Shown: positions 34,593-43,409 of the stretch, one piece after another
How the letters are laid out: each line of letters opens with the position of its first letter
Position numbering within the stretch: position 1 is the first letter of the stretch
Virus record (IMG/VR): IMGVR_UViG_3300045125_000071
Span: 124,001 to 188,000 of that record
DNA: 64,000 nucleotides
Direction: 5' to 3' (one strand)
The notes under the pieces: generated by a model
The model's database searches: none
What the model saw: the letters and a program-made list of their open reading frames with translations, nothing else
Told to the model about the DNA's origin: nothing
Made by a program: the position numbers and the translations under genes

Positions 34593-34918
34593 ATGCCCTA
34601 CATCAGCGAGAAAAAACATGGATTAAGACAGACGGTTGGAGAGGTTACGTTCAACCCGTCAATGCGGTGGGATGCTGCAACTGCACAGGGGATTGGAGTG
34701 ATTCACCCTGCCCCACAAGTGTGGTCTTGGAGGAAATCAACGGTTTCAAAAAACTGTTGAAGGCAAACGGCATCCAACACAAAAGAGTGGTAACACAATC
34801 GAGCAACGTGTTCATGGTGAAGGTGAACATATTGGTTCACCCGAACGACAGGGAACGCGCCTTGGAATTGGCAAAAGAGCATGAGCAAAACACCCGACTA
34901 TTCTATCGGGTGTCATAA
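34593..34918 (+). CDS. hypothetical Cys-rich protein (frameshift in A-run)
   Basis: MPYISEKK joins TWIKTDGWRGYVQPVNAVGCCNCTGDWSD... Confidence 0.7.
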
Positions 34919-35021
34919 GATGGTGTTTTTTCATAGGTTAGCAACCCCCCGATGTTTCCACATTGGGGGTTTTTTTGTCCGTCTGGAGGAGGTTCTGGTA
35001 CCTGCTGGTTTCCAGTCAGAG

Positions 35022-35069
35022 GATTTTGTTTAGTTTTGAAACTAGTGGAATATAAAACTAGACAAAATC
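35022..35069. repeat. cassette palindrome 11
   Basis: N18. Confidence 0.95.
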
Positions 35070-35186
35070 TTACCAGAAGCGGGCTGGCTCCTCCTGAACA
35101 CGGGCTTTAACATAACATTAGCAATCGGAATGTTCGGTATTACGTTATCCGTTGTATATTTACATATCACCAAAAACAAAAAACAC

Positions 35187-35522
35187 ATGACAACTGCAAT
35201 CGCTCAAACCTGCAACCAACTCGGCAAAAGGGAATTTGACCCTGCCGAAACTTTGGCGTACTTCAAGGCTCACGGCTTTCTCTTTTGGTCGTGGGGTGCT
35301 TCAAAATTCACCAACTTCAATAACTTGGGGTTGTGCTTCAAAGTGAATGGGCATCACCACAAGGGGTACGTTTTCGTGGCTCTTGATTGGTCGGACACCT
35401 TCGATGTCCATATCATCAACACGCAAGGTCGGGTGCTTGACACCTACAATGAGGTTTACATTGACGAACTTTTCAACGTCATTGACAACCGAATTGAGAA
35501 GATAAAGGACTACGTGCGATAA
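35187..35522 (+). CDS. hypothetical phage protein
   Basis: WSWG...GL.FKVNG..HKG.V...DTFDV...VYIDEL...ID..IE. Confidence 0.8.
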   Translation: MTTAIAQTCNQLGKREFDPAETLAYFKAHGFLFWSWGASKFTNFNNLGLCFKVNGHHHKGYVFVALDWSDTFDVHIINTQGRVLDTYNEVYIDELFNVIDNRIEKIKDYVR

Positions 35523-35585
35523 CTCAAACCGCCCCCGATGTAATGTCGGGGGTTTTTTCTATTTTTGTTAAATAAATCTAATATC

Positions 35586-35855
35586 ATGGAACTTGTAGCA
35601 ATTATCATATCATTGTTGTTAGTAATCCTTTATTTATATGCTCGTTATGTTGAATTAAAACATGTGAAAAATTTAAAAGATGAATATATTCTTTCGTTAG
35701 AGGATTTTGTCGATAAACAAAAGATTCATATTAACACATTAGAGGAACTGGTTAGTGTGTATAGACAAAAAGATAAATATAATGAAGATGTCATACAGGC
35801 AAAAGATGGTATAATTAAAGCGTATGAAACACAGGATAAATATTATTTGAATTAA
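35586..35855 (+). CDS. membrane-anchored coiled-coil protein
   Basis: MELVAIIISLLLVILYLY TM helix; AT-rich compared with neighbours. Confidence 0.65.
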   Translation: MELVAIIISLLLVILYLYARYVELKHVKNLKDEYILSLEDFVDKQKIHINTLEELVSVYRQKDKYNEDVIQAKDGIIKAYETQDKYYLN

Positions 35856-35920
35856 ATTTGGTTTGTAAATATAAACGTATTACCTTTGCAACATATTAAT
35901 AACAATTAAAAATAAAAAGT

Positions 35921-36298
35921 ATGACAAAGATTTTCAATGGTACTCCCCACGCCATCAATGTAGTTGATAACGGCACTTTTGATTCTGCTCTGCGTAAGTA
36001 TGTGACAGACACCCCCAACGTGGTTGCCTCAATCCCTTCCAATGGGGTGTTGAGCGCAAAAATAGTTACGAAGGATGGTGACCCTATCAATGGCATCCCG
36101 ACCTTTTTCAAAGGTACCAACGGCTTTGACCCCATCCCTGACGGGTATGACGTGGTAATCGTTTCCGCTCTTTACGCTTCTGCCGTTCGGTCGAATGGCT
36201 TGACAGATACGTCGAAACTCTTTACCGTGGCTGACCCCGTTTATTCCACGGACGGCAAGACAATCCACGGATGTAGGGGCATCTGCCCTTTCATTTAA
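35921..36298 (+). CDS. hypothetical phage protein
   Basis: N.TPH.IN...IVSAL...L.TV...V......I.GC motif set. Confidence 0.75.
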   Translation: MTKIFNGTPHAINVVDNGTFDSALRKYVTDTPNVVASIPSNGVLSAKIVTKDGDPINGIPTFFKGTNGFDPIPDGYDVVIVSALYASAVRSNGLTDTSKLFTVADPVYSTDGKTIHGCRGICPFI

Positions 36299-36393
36299 GA
36301 CATAGTGTTTTTCATAGGTTAGCAATCACCCCCTGACATTTCCATGTCGGGGGTTTTTTTGCTCAGTACTCTTGGCTCGTGCGTCCCAGTCGG

Positions 36394-36442
36394 GATTTTG
36401 TCTAGTTTTAAAACTAATCGTATGACAAAACTAGACAAAATC
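36394..36442. repeat. cassette palindrome 12
   Basis: Consensus arms, N19. Confidence 0.95.
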
Positions 36443-36551
36443 CTTTCAGGCGGGGCCAGGCGGATTCCAAAACAGACCATTAACAGAAAATTAACGGGTG
36501 GGATGTCGGGTAATACAGAATAAAGTGTATTTTTGCTGAAAATAATTTAAT

Positions 36552-37090
36552 ATGAAAAAGACATTGATAATTCACCCAAAGGACAGAAGCACGGATTTTC
36601 TCAAACCGATATATGAGGATATAACCTATAAGACAATCATTTCGGGTGACTTAACAAGATTGCACGTTTTATCTGAAATTAATAGCCATGACAGGATAAT
36701 AATGATGGGGCATGGTTCACCGATGGGATTGTTCGGGGTGAATTTTAATTGTGGTTTCATTATTGACGAACTTGCGGTGGAATTATTGAGAAAAAAGAAA
36801 ACTATTTCATTTGGTGTTATGCCAGTGAATTTGTTAAAAGGCATAAGCTGAATGGTTTTTCCACTGGAATGTTCATAAGCGAAACCTATGAAGCAATGAG
36901 TTGTGGTGTTACTGCAACGAAGGAAGATGTTGTGAATAGCAATTCTGTGTTTGCTGAAATGATGCGTAAAACTATAATGAAAGAACAAAGCGAGGTGTTT
37001 AATAGCGTTTCAAAAGCGTATGACAAGTACGCAAAAGAAGCCAATAACAATGTGGCAAGGTATAACCATGAAAGGTTGATATTGATATAA
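36552..37090 (+). CDS. hypothetical protein (frameshifted)
   Basis: LIIHPKD.STDFL...MMGHGSP.GL; WC.A..F...GMFISE after the shift. Confidence 0.7.
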
Positions 37091-37172
37091 TGTCTTTTGA
37101 AAACTTTAACAAATAATATTTGGTTTTTATTTTCAGGTAATGTAAATTGCATCAAACCTTAAATCAAAAGTT

Positions 37173-37610
37173 ATGAGAAACTTCAATGAATTTTATTCGT
37201 ACATTCTGAATCTTATGAAGGATGAAATCTCTATCACGGGAACGTATCAAGGAAAATTGTTTTGTCTGGTTGATGACGCAAATAATATTTGTACTGCGGA
37301 AATCCCCAACAAGAATTTGGATGATATGGGTGATTTGTTTTTGAAAGTCATGCAAACCCAACATCTTATTGATGAGTTTCCCGTTCGACTGCGAAACGAT
37401 GGTATGACACCTTTGGCGTTTGCCCACACGGAATTGTTTTATTCCGAAACATCATCAAGGATTGCTTTCATCAAGATTGCCATAGATGATGATGGTGATA
37501 ATGTTGTTTTGGAACATAAAAAATATGAAATCAAAAACAATGAAATCATTGTGGATGAAAAGGGTAATCTGAAAAAACAAAAAGTGAAACTGGTCGAAAT
37601 CGAAGAATAA
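37173..37610 (+). CDS. hypothetical protein
   Basis: 145-aa ORF with upstream TAAATTG box. Confidence 0.7.
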   Translation: MRNFNEFYSYILNLMKDEISITGTYQGKLFCLVDDANNICTAEIPNKNLDDMGDLFLKVMQTQHLIDEFPVRLRNDGMTPLAFAHTELFYSETSSRIAFIKIAIDDDGDNVVLEHKKYEIKNNEIIVDEKGNLKKQKVKLVEIEE

Positions 37611-37671
37611 AAATATAAAAGTTTTTTTTGGTGAATTAAAAATTATTCATAACTTTATCAAAACTTAAAAC

Positions 37672-38136
37672 ATGGAACAAGAAAAAATGGTAAAATGTCT
37701 TTTCTTCTTTGATGAGATGAAGAATAAGGCGATGAAAGAAATCCGTGAAACGGGTACGTTGCACGCTGCGATTTTTGCTCTTACCGAAAAGGAAGATAAT
37801 GGTAAGAAATGCGTTGCTGCTGCGATGATACCGAACTTCATGGGAAAAAACGGAATTGAACTTCTGACTTCGGTGATTCGCCTTACAATAGGGTTGAGGA
37901 TGTTCGTGGACAAGGTTGAAGAACAAGAGGAAACAAAAGTCATCGCTGTTTTTCATTGCGAATTGTTAGATGATGAGAACGGACAAAAGTTGTACACGAT
38001 GCGGAAATTTTGTGATAATGGGAATGATAGTGATGACAATATCAAGGTGTACAATCTTGTTCATGGCGATAGCACCGTTGATGAGAACGGCAACATCGTA
38101 GCACCCGAACTTGAATTTGTGGAGGATGAGGAATGA
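37672..38136 (+). CDS. hypothetical protein
   Basis: 154-aa ORF followed by terminator. Confidence 0.7.
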   Translation: MEQEKMVKCLFFFDEMKNKAMKEIRETGTLHAAIFALTEKEDNGKKCVAAAMIPNFMGKNGIELLTSVIRLTIGLRMFVDKVEEQEETKVIAVFHCELLDDENGQKLYTMRKFCDNGNDSDDNIKVYNLVHGDSTVDENGNIVAPELEFVEDEE

Positions 38137-38222
38137 TTTGATTTAAGGTTTAGGGTAGTCCCCGTCCGAAAGGATGGGGATTTTTTTGCTCAGCCTGGCC
38201 GTCGCCTGGTTATTACCTGTCG

Positions 38223-38264
38223 GATTTTGTCTAGTTTTGTGTTGTTTTAAAACTAGACAAAATC
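38223..38264. repeat. cassette palindrome 13
   Basis: Consensus arms, N12. Confidence 0.95.
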
Positions 38265-38353
38265 TCTACTGTTGGGCCTGGATGCTCCAAAAAAACTTCA
38301 AATATTTTTTGGTTATTCCAAAATACATTGTATCTTTGCTGAAACAATAAACA

Positions 38354-38542
38354 ATGAATAATAACAAAATGAAAGGAAAAAGAATTCGGTTGATTAAAAT
38401 GGTAGACCCGCAAGCCGTTCCGAACGAAACCACGGGAACAATCACCCATGTGGATGGTATAGGTCAGATTCACGTTAAATGGGATAATGGTAGGAGCCTT
38501 GCCATCATTCCCGAAGAGGATGAGTACGAGATAATCGATTAG
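38354..38542 (+). CDS. DUF4314 domain protein
   Basis: GKRIRLIKMVDP..P....GTI..VD.IGQIHVKWDNG.SLAII...D. Confidence 0.8.
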   Translation: MNNNKMKGKRIRLIKMVDPQAVPNETTGTITHVDGIGQIHVKWDNGRSLAIIPEEDEYEIID

Positions 38543-38607
38543 GAACTAAAGAAACTTTGTAATAACTTTGCGCAAGATTTGTTAAACAATAATTAAAACT
38601 TAAAAAA

Positions 38608-38952
38608 ATGCGTTATTTGAAATTGACTTATGCAGGAAAGAATTCCCCCACATTGGTGAACATGGATGATGTTCGGACGATGTACATGGTATCTGACCCG
38701 AATGGTCGATACGAGCCGTCAACAAAGGTTGTTTTCAAAAATGGTGAATACATAAACGTGTCGGAGGACTTGCAGACAATATTGAAACTGACCCAGGATT
38801 TCAATTCGGGCAAGTATCAAGAAACCGATTGGGAAACCCCGCCAATCGTTCCTAGCGTCCAACAAAGGATGGAAAATTCCTTCACACGTAGGAGATACAA
38901 TCGCGAACGCAATTTCAATCACGAAAGCGCGTACAACGATAATCAATGGTAG
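38608..38952 (+). CDS. hypothetical protein (FlbD-like N-terminal fold)
   Basis: YLKLT......LVNMD.V......TKVVF.NG....V.E. Confidence 0.55.
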   Translation: MRYLKLTYAGKNSPTLVNMDDVRTMYMVSDPNGRYEPSTKVVFKNGEYINVSEDLQTILKLTQDFNSGKYQETDWETPPIVPSVQQRMENSFTRRRYNRERNFNHESAYNDNQW

Positions 38953-39043
38953 TTGTTCATGGTGTTTTATGTTTTGCCCCCGTCATACAAATGGCGGGGG
39001 TTTTTTATTGTCGCTACTGGAACTGTTCAGGCCCACCAGTCGG

Positions 39044-39088
39044 GATTTTGTCTAGTTTAAGACAGGTATTACAAAACTAGATAAAATC
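39044..39088. repeat. cassette palindrome 14
   Basis: N15. Confidence 0.95.
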
Positions 39089-39213
39089 TTCCCTGTCGTG
39101 GGCTGGCGTGTTGTAACCTATTTACAATCCAAGTGTTAGGATAATTTTAACAATTAAAAATTGGATAGATTTTGAACATGATTTAGTTTTGTGTCAGAAT
39201 AAAATTAAACCAT

Positions 39214-39681
39214 ATGAATTTGAATGTCGCACAAAAGTTGGCAAACGACCTATTGATTGAACATGGTCTTGTTCAGAAAGGTTGGTACTTTCAATTTGAT
39301 AATAGCAAAAGGCGTTTCGGTGTTTGCAAATATGGTAAAAAGGTTATTGGTCTTTCACGGGAATTGACGTTGCTCAACGACGTTGTAAATGTTAAAGATA
39401 CTATCCTGCACGAAATAGCCCACGCCATTGCAGGACGAGGTGCTGGACATGGTTGGTTGTGGAAACAAGTTTGCATCCGCATCGGGGCAAAGCCTGAAAG
39501 GTGTTATTCAAGCAATGAGGTCAATACGCCACTACTGAAATATCAAGCAACGTGTGGTGCTTGTGGTGCGCTGCATCAGAAAGCAAAAATGCACAAAAAG
39601 GGTGTGAGAAGGTCTTGCAAATGTCAAAGCGGAAAAGATTGGGATAGTAGGGTATTACTTGAATATAAGGCATATTATTGA
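39214..39681 (+). CDS. SprT-like zinc metalloprotease
   Basis: RRFGVC...IGLS...DTILHEIAHA...GHG..WK.V...IG. Confidence 0.85.
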   Translation: MNLNVAQKLANDLLIEHGLVQKGWYFQFDNSKRRFGVCKYGKKVIGLSRELTLLNDVVNVKDTILHEIAHAIAGRGAGHGWLWKQVCIRIGAKPERCYSSNEVNTPLLKYQATCGACGALHQKAKMHKKGVRRSCKCQSGKDWDSRVLLEYKAYY

Positions 39682-39938
39682 AAAAAACTTATTATCTTTA
39701 CATTCTAAAAACACAATCACCATATATTATGAAATACATATTTAGAGGAAATGTTATATTTGAATACATTCCTGAAAAACAGGAAGTGATTCAGAATAAA
39801 ATACATCAAGTTATACCTGCATTTGATTATTGTAGAATGATACCTGAAGATTACAAATTGTTGGGTGAGTTTTTTGATAAAGCATATAGACACACCAAAG
39901 GAGAAGAAATTGTTTTAAATGATATTATAGTAAGTTAA
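39678..39938 (+). CDS. hypothetical protein
   Basis: ORF track; TTG start overlaps upstream stop. Confidence 0.5.
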   Translation: MKKTYYLYILKTQSPYIMKYIFRGNVIFEYIPEKQEVIQNKIHQVIPAFDYCRMIPEDYKLLGEFFDKAYRHTKGEEIVLNDIIVS

Positions 39939-39944
39939 AAGTAC

Positions 39945-40056
39945 AGTCAGGTGGCGAAACGGTAGACGCACGGAAGGCATTCCGATTCTCCCTTGTTAGG
40001 AGGCATCCAAAAGCAAGGGCATAGCATGAATACAGGTTCGAATCCTGTCCTGACTA
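39945..40056 (+). ncRNA. tRNA-like RNA lacking a canonical anticodon loop
   Basis: Acceptor AGTCAGG/CCTGACT; D-arm GCG-AAACGGTAGA-CGC; T-arm ACAGG-TTCGAAT-CCTGT; CGGAA-GGCA-TTCCG (4-nt loop) plus a long extra arm. Confidence 0.75.
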
Positions 40057-40215
40057 CTTAAAAAATAAACTTATGATACTTGTTAAAGAAAATAAGGGAT
40101 TTGCTGTTTACTTTGATACCAATACCCAAACGTATTTGGTTTTCAAAGATGGCGGATTCTTAATAGGAAACAAATACAAGTTCAGTGATGTAAAATCTTA
40201 TTTGGATTGATATTC

Positions 40216-40294
40216 AGTCAGGTGGTGTAATGGTAGCACACGGAGAAGAACTCACCAAAAGGTAGAGCCGACACGGAGTATAGGTTCGATTCCT
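40216..40294 (+). ncRNA. 5' part of a second tRNA-like element, interrupted in the T-arm
   Basis: AGTCAGG-TG-GTG-TAATGGTAG-CAC ... ATAGG-TTCGATT-CCT; matching 3' part at 41401-41423. Confidence 0.75.
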
Positions 40295-40323
40295 CGCGCA
40301 GGCCCTCATCAAAACACACGCAA

Positions 40324-40467
40324 ATGAACACGCACACGATTGAGGTATCCATCCCATCTAATGTTGACCTTGAGCATACATTTTATGCGGTGTTGGATGC
40401 GCTTTGCGCTTCCGACAATGTTACACAGGGGAGGTTGAATTGGTTTTACAAACCATTCGAAAACTAA
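40324..40467 (+). CDS. small hypothetical protein (47 aa)
   Basis: MNTHTIEVSIPSNVDLEHTFYAVLDALCASDNVTQGRLNWFYKPFEN after an AAAACACAC leader. Confidence 0.55.
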   Translation: MNTHTIEVSIPSNVDLEHTFYAVLDALCASDNVTQGRLNWFYKPFEN

Positions 40468-40537
40468 ATTTACAAACCATTCGAAAAAAGAAAAGAGAAA
40501 AGTTCGGTTTAGACCTATAATGTGCAATGACCTCCGC

Positions 40538-40577
40538 GCCCTGCAGTGGTTGAGCGGTTCGATTCCGCAGTGGGGCC
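40538..40577 (+). ncRNA. armless tRNA-like minihelix (acceptor stem + T-arm)
   Basis: GCCCTGC/GTGGGGC 7-bp stem, AGTGGTTG linker, GCGG-TTCGATT-CCGC. Confidence 0.5.
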
Positions 40578-40610
40578 TAAACTGCGCTGCACAGGACAAA
40601 GCAGCAACAC

Positions 40611-40711
40611 ATTATGAACGTTTCGGGGCTTTGCGTAGTAGCCCTTAGTATAAACTTAAAATTAACCACGACACTTGATAGGGCTATTACGCAAAACCCT
40701 TGTTATGTGCC
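40611..40711 (+). other. integron attC-like recombination site
   Basis: ...AAC-GTTTC-GGGGCTTTGCGTAGTAGCCCT-N34-AGGGCTATTACGCAAAACCC-TT-GTTATGTGCC: long imperfect stem with unpaired bases ending in a GTT core. Confidence 0.65.
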
Positions 40712-40728
40712 GTTAAATTTTTAAAACG

Positions 40729-41169
40729 ATGTCAAAATTAAAAACAGCTCAAGATTTAATTAAAACAAATAACAGTTCAGTTATGGCTGGGTTCAATATG
40801 TTTATTCACGGACACCCACCTATTACATTTGCAGATGGTTACCACGATGCTTATGACAGAATGCAAGGTTATGAATTTGCTCAAAAAATGGCAAAAGAAG
40901 ATGGTATTGCTTTTACAAAAATATTCAAATGTAAAGAAGGGGATTGCCACCCGTTTCAGTATGGCGGTTTCTTCGTGTGTAATAATTGCGGCAGGAAAGG
41001 TGTAGATAAAGAATGGTGGAAAATTCAAGTTGAAAAAGACGGAAATGAATTTTGTTGTCACGGATTGGATTTTGTCAACTTGCAGGAAAGTTCAAACTAC
41101 GCTTTCGGTAAAACGTTTGAAGAAGCAATTTCTAATTACGAAAAGGTTATGTTAGGGTTGTCCGCTTAA
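40729..41169 (+). CDS. hypothetical Cys/zinc-binding protein in an integron-cassette-like unit
   Basis: C..CG motif; flanked by GTTATGTGCC (40702) and its inverse GGCACATAAC (41171). Confidence 0.75.
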   Translation: MSKLKTAQDLIKTNNSSVMAGFNMFIHGHPPITFADGYHDAYDRMQGYEFAQKMAKEDGIAFTKIFKCKEGDCHPFQYGGFFVCNNCGRKGVDKEWWKIQVEKDGNEFCCHGLDFVNLQESSNYAFGKTFEEAISNYEKVMLGLSA

Positions 41170-41369
41170 TGGCACATAACACTCAAATATTCGCATTCGA
41201 GACGTGGAGCAATGGAGGAATCCAAACGTCAGCATTTTATGAGGGGGATGAAGCAATGAATTTCATTGCTCGCCACGAGCAAAGTGGCACATTCGCTACA
41301 TTGCACGTCTTCAAAAATGAGAAAGAGGCCCTACAGGCTTACGAAGATTTTCGTAGCGAGGGGAACTGA
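41169..41369 (+). CDS. hypothetical protein
   Basis: 66 aa, coupled start overlapping the inverse core site. Confidence 0.55.
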   Translation: MAHNTQIFAFETWSNGGIQTSAFYEGDEAMNFIARHEQSGTFATLHVFKNEKEALQAYEDFRSEGN

Positions 41370-41510
41370 CCCCTCCCCCCGACCTGCAATGGTTTCAGCG
41401 AGGTTCGATTCCTATCTTGGCTACTCGTTCCGTCTAATCAACGGATAATATGCCCCAACCGAAAGGTTGGGGTTTTTTGTTTCTGGCGCTTCCTGCTGTT
41501 CTTCTGGAAA

Positions 41511-41550
41511 GATTTTGTCTAGTTTTGAAATGGTAAAACTAGACGAAATC
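41511..41550. repeat. cassette palindrome 15
   Basis: N10. Confidence 0.95.
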
Positions 41551-41677
41551 CAACAGGTACCAGCCAGGCGACGGGCTTGGGCAACCTGTTAACGGGCTTT
41601 AACATACAATTAACAACAATTATTTTGATAGCGATTATACGCAACATATCTTTGCATAAACAATTAAATCATAAGCC

Positions 41678-41986
41678 ATGAACGCACAAGAGATTCTGAA
41701 AAAACTGACTGAAATTCAAGAAGAAGTCAACACGCTAAAATCGAATGTCGAAAACGCGACCGCCAATTTCAAACTGACCGATGAGCAGATTAATAAAATC
41801 GCAAGGTCGGTTGCCAAAAGTATCTCATATGCTGGCGAGAACATCGTTGATGACTACGATTTGTCCATGACCCATCGGGAGGTGGAGTTGAGTGACATCA
41901 CCTTCAGTGAGCGCAAGTTGATGGAATTCATCGAAGATGCGTTGAAAGAAACCATTGAAGAATTGGTGGAGACCGAGGCGAACTAA
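41678..41986 (+). CDS. hypothetical coiled-coil protein
   Basis: Between promoter and terminator. Confidence 0.8.
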   Translation: MNAQEILKKLTEIQEEVNTLKSNVENATANFKLTDEQINKIARSVAKSISYAGENIVDDYDLSMTHREVELSDITFSERKLMEFIEDALKETIEELVETEAN

Positions 41987-42075
41987 CCATTCGCCATCGA
42001 ACGAGCAAACCCCGACCGAAAGGTTGGGGTTTTTTGTTTAACCCCTTCCGACGCTCAGGTAAACAAAACCGTTCG

Positions 42076-42117
42076 GATTTTGTCTAGTTTTGAATTGTTT
42101 TTAAACTAGACAAAATC
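42076..42117. repeat. cassette palindrome 16
   Basis: Consensus arms, N12. Confidence 0.95.
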
Positions 42118-42241
42118 TTGACCGTCGAGGCCAGGCCGATTGCAATCTATTTGCAATCCAAGTGTTAGGATAATTTTAACAGTTTTTATTTGGTGAACAT
42201 ATAATACCGTTATACTTTTGCTGAAACAAAACACATACGCC

Positions 42242-42847
42242 ATGAATGAAGCAGTTGACAGCAAAAGAATCGGGGACTACCTTATTGAAATCTTCCCCGA
42301 TAGCAGCCCCGAAAGCCCAAGAGAATGGGATAATTTGGGAACAATGATATGTTTCCACAAAAGGTACAATCTGGGCGACAAGCACGACTACGACCACAAC
42401 GACTATGACGGGTGGGATGAAATGGAAGCCGCCATTGTCAAGAACGAAAATGCGGGAGTTATATTGCCCTTGTACCTTTACGACCACGGAGGAATAACAA
42501 TATCCACAAGCCCGTTCAGTTGCCCGTGGGATAGCGGAAGGATAGGTTTTATCTTTGTTTCAAAAGAGAAGATGCTGAAAGAGTACGGGGGAAAAATTGT
42601 CACCATGAAACTGAAAGAACGGGTGGAAAAGTATTTGGAAGGGGAAGTTGAAACTTATGACCAGTACCTTCGGGGTGACGTTTATGGCTACAAAATATCC
42701 AAGGTGACGACCTGCAATGAAGGACATGAACACAAGAAGTTCCAAGATAGTTGTTGGGGGTATTACGGGGAGGAGGGTGGTTGCATGGAGCAAGCGGAAA
42801 GTGTTGTTAATCACTATGTCAAGAAGGACAAAGAAAAGATGGTATAA
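42242..42847 (+). CDS. conserved hypothetical phage protein
   Basis: SPREWDNLGTMICFH.RY.LGD; LPLYLYDHGG; WDSG..G; Y..GDVYG. Confidence 0.8.
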   Translation: MNEAVDSKRIGDYLIEIFPDSSPESPREWDNLGTMICFHKRYNLGDKHDYDHNDYDGWDEMEAAIVKNENAGVILPLYLYDHGGITISTSPFSCPWDSGRIGFIFVSKEKMLKEYGGKIVTMKLKERVEKYLEGEVETYDQYLRGDVYGYKISKVTTCNEGHEHKKFQDSCWGYYGEEGGCMEQAESVVNHYVKKDKEKMV

Positions 42848-42955
42848 GGGTAATGCCCCCGACTGAAAATGTTGGGGGTTTTTCTCTTTTTTTTAACATT
42901 TGAAATTGGGTATAACAATATAAAAAAATATCTTTGTAGTATAAACATACACACC

Positions 42956-43189
42956 ATGAGAATAGCAGAAGTTAGAATCACCGAAATGAATGTTGGAGAA
43001 ACGAAAACTTTCAGTATTGAGTTTTCGAGCGCACCAGACCTTATTGTTAAAATTGACAACGCCATTAATGGGGCTAAATGGGAAAAAGAAGGTAGCCTTA
43101 ATCTTGAGGTTGTGGTGGTGGACGAGGAGCAGTTCCACGATGAAGAATACGAAATGTTGGAGGATGAAAACATCATATTAGGATATTGA
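42956..43189 (+). CDS. hypothetical acidic protein
   Basis: Own promoter (TATCTTTG at ~42929) and terminator, no palindrome. Confidence 0.7.
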   Translation: MRIAEVRITEMNVGETKTFSIEFSSAPDLIVKIDNAINGAKWEKEGSLNLEVVVVDEEQFHDEEYEMLEDENIILGY

Positions 43190-43271
43190 AACCACACGCC
43201 CTCGAAGAAGCCCCGACCGAAAGGTTGGGGTTTTTTATTGTCTACTGGCGGAACGGCGCTACCGACGGTGA

Positions 43272-43311
43272 GATTTTGTCTAGTTTTGGAATGATAAAAC
43301 TAGACAAAATC
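43272..43311. repeat. cassette palindrome 17
   Basis: Consensus arms, N10. Confidence 0.95.
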
Positions 43312-43409
43312 CAGCCAGCGGGCGAGCTGGGAGCGTGTTGTGAAAACTTTAACATTTCAAATTTGCACATAACCAATATGCAAAGTATTTTTGCTGAAAC
43401 TTAAATCAC

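Larger units (their letters stand above)
40282..41413 (+). mobile_element. 1119-bp insertion bounded by 13-bp direct repeats AGGTTCGATTCCT (T-loop)
   Basis: Repeats at 40282-40294 and 41401-41413; removing the insert restores T stem ATAGG/CCTAT and acceptor AGTCAGG/CTTGGCT. Confidence 0.7.

Noticed and set aside
40295-40580. tmRNA (short ORF ending before a T-arm)
   Set aside because: No tmRNA 5' end (GGGG..GA..GGATTCGAC), no G3-U70-type acceptor with CCA, and the ORF has its own ATG. The T-loop insertion explains the layout better.
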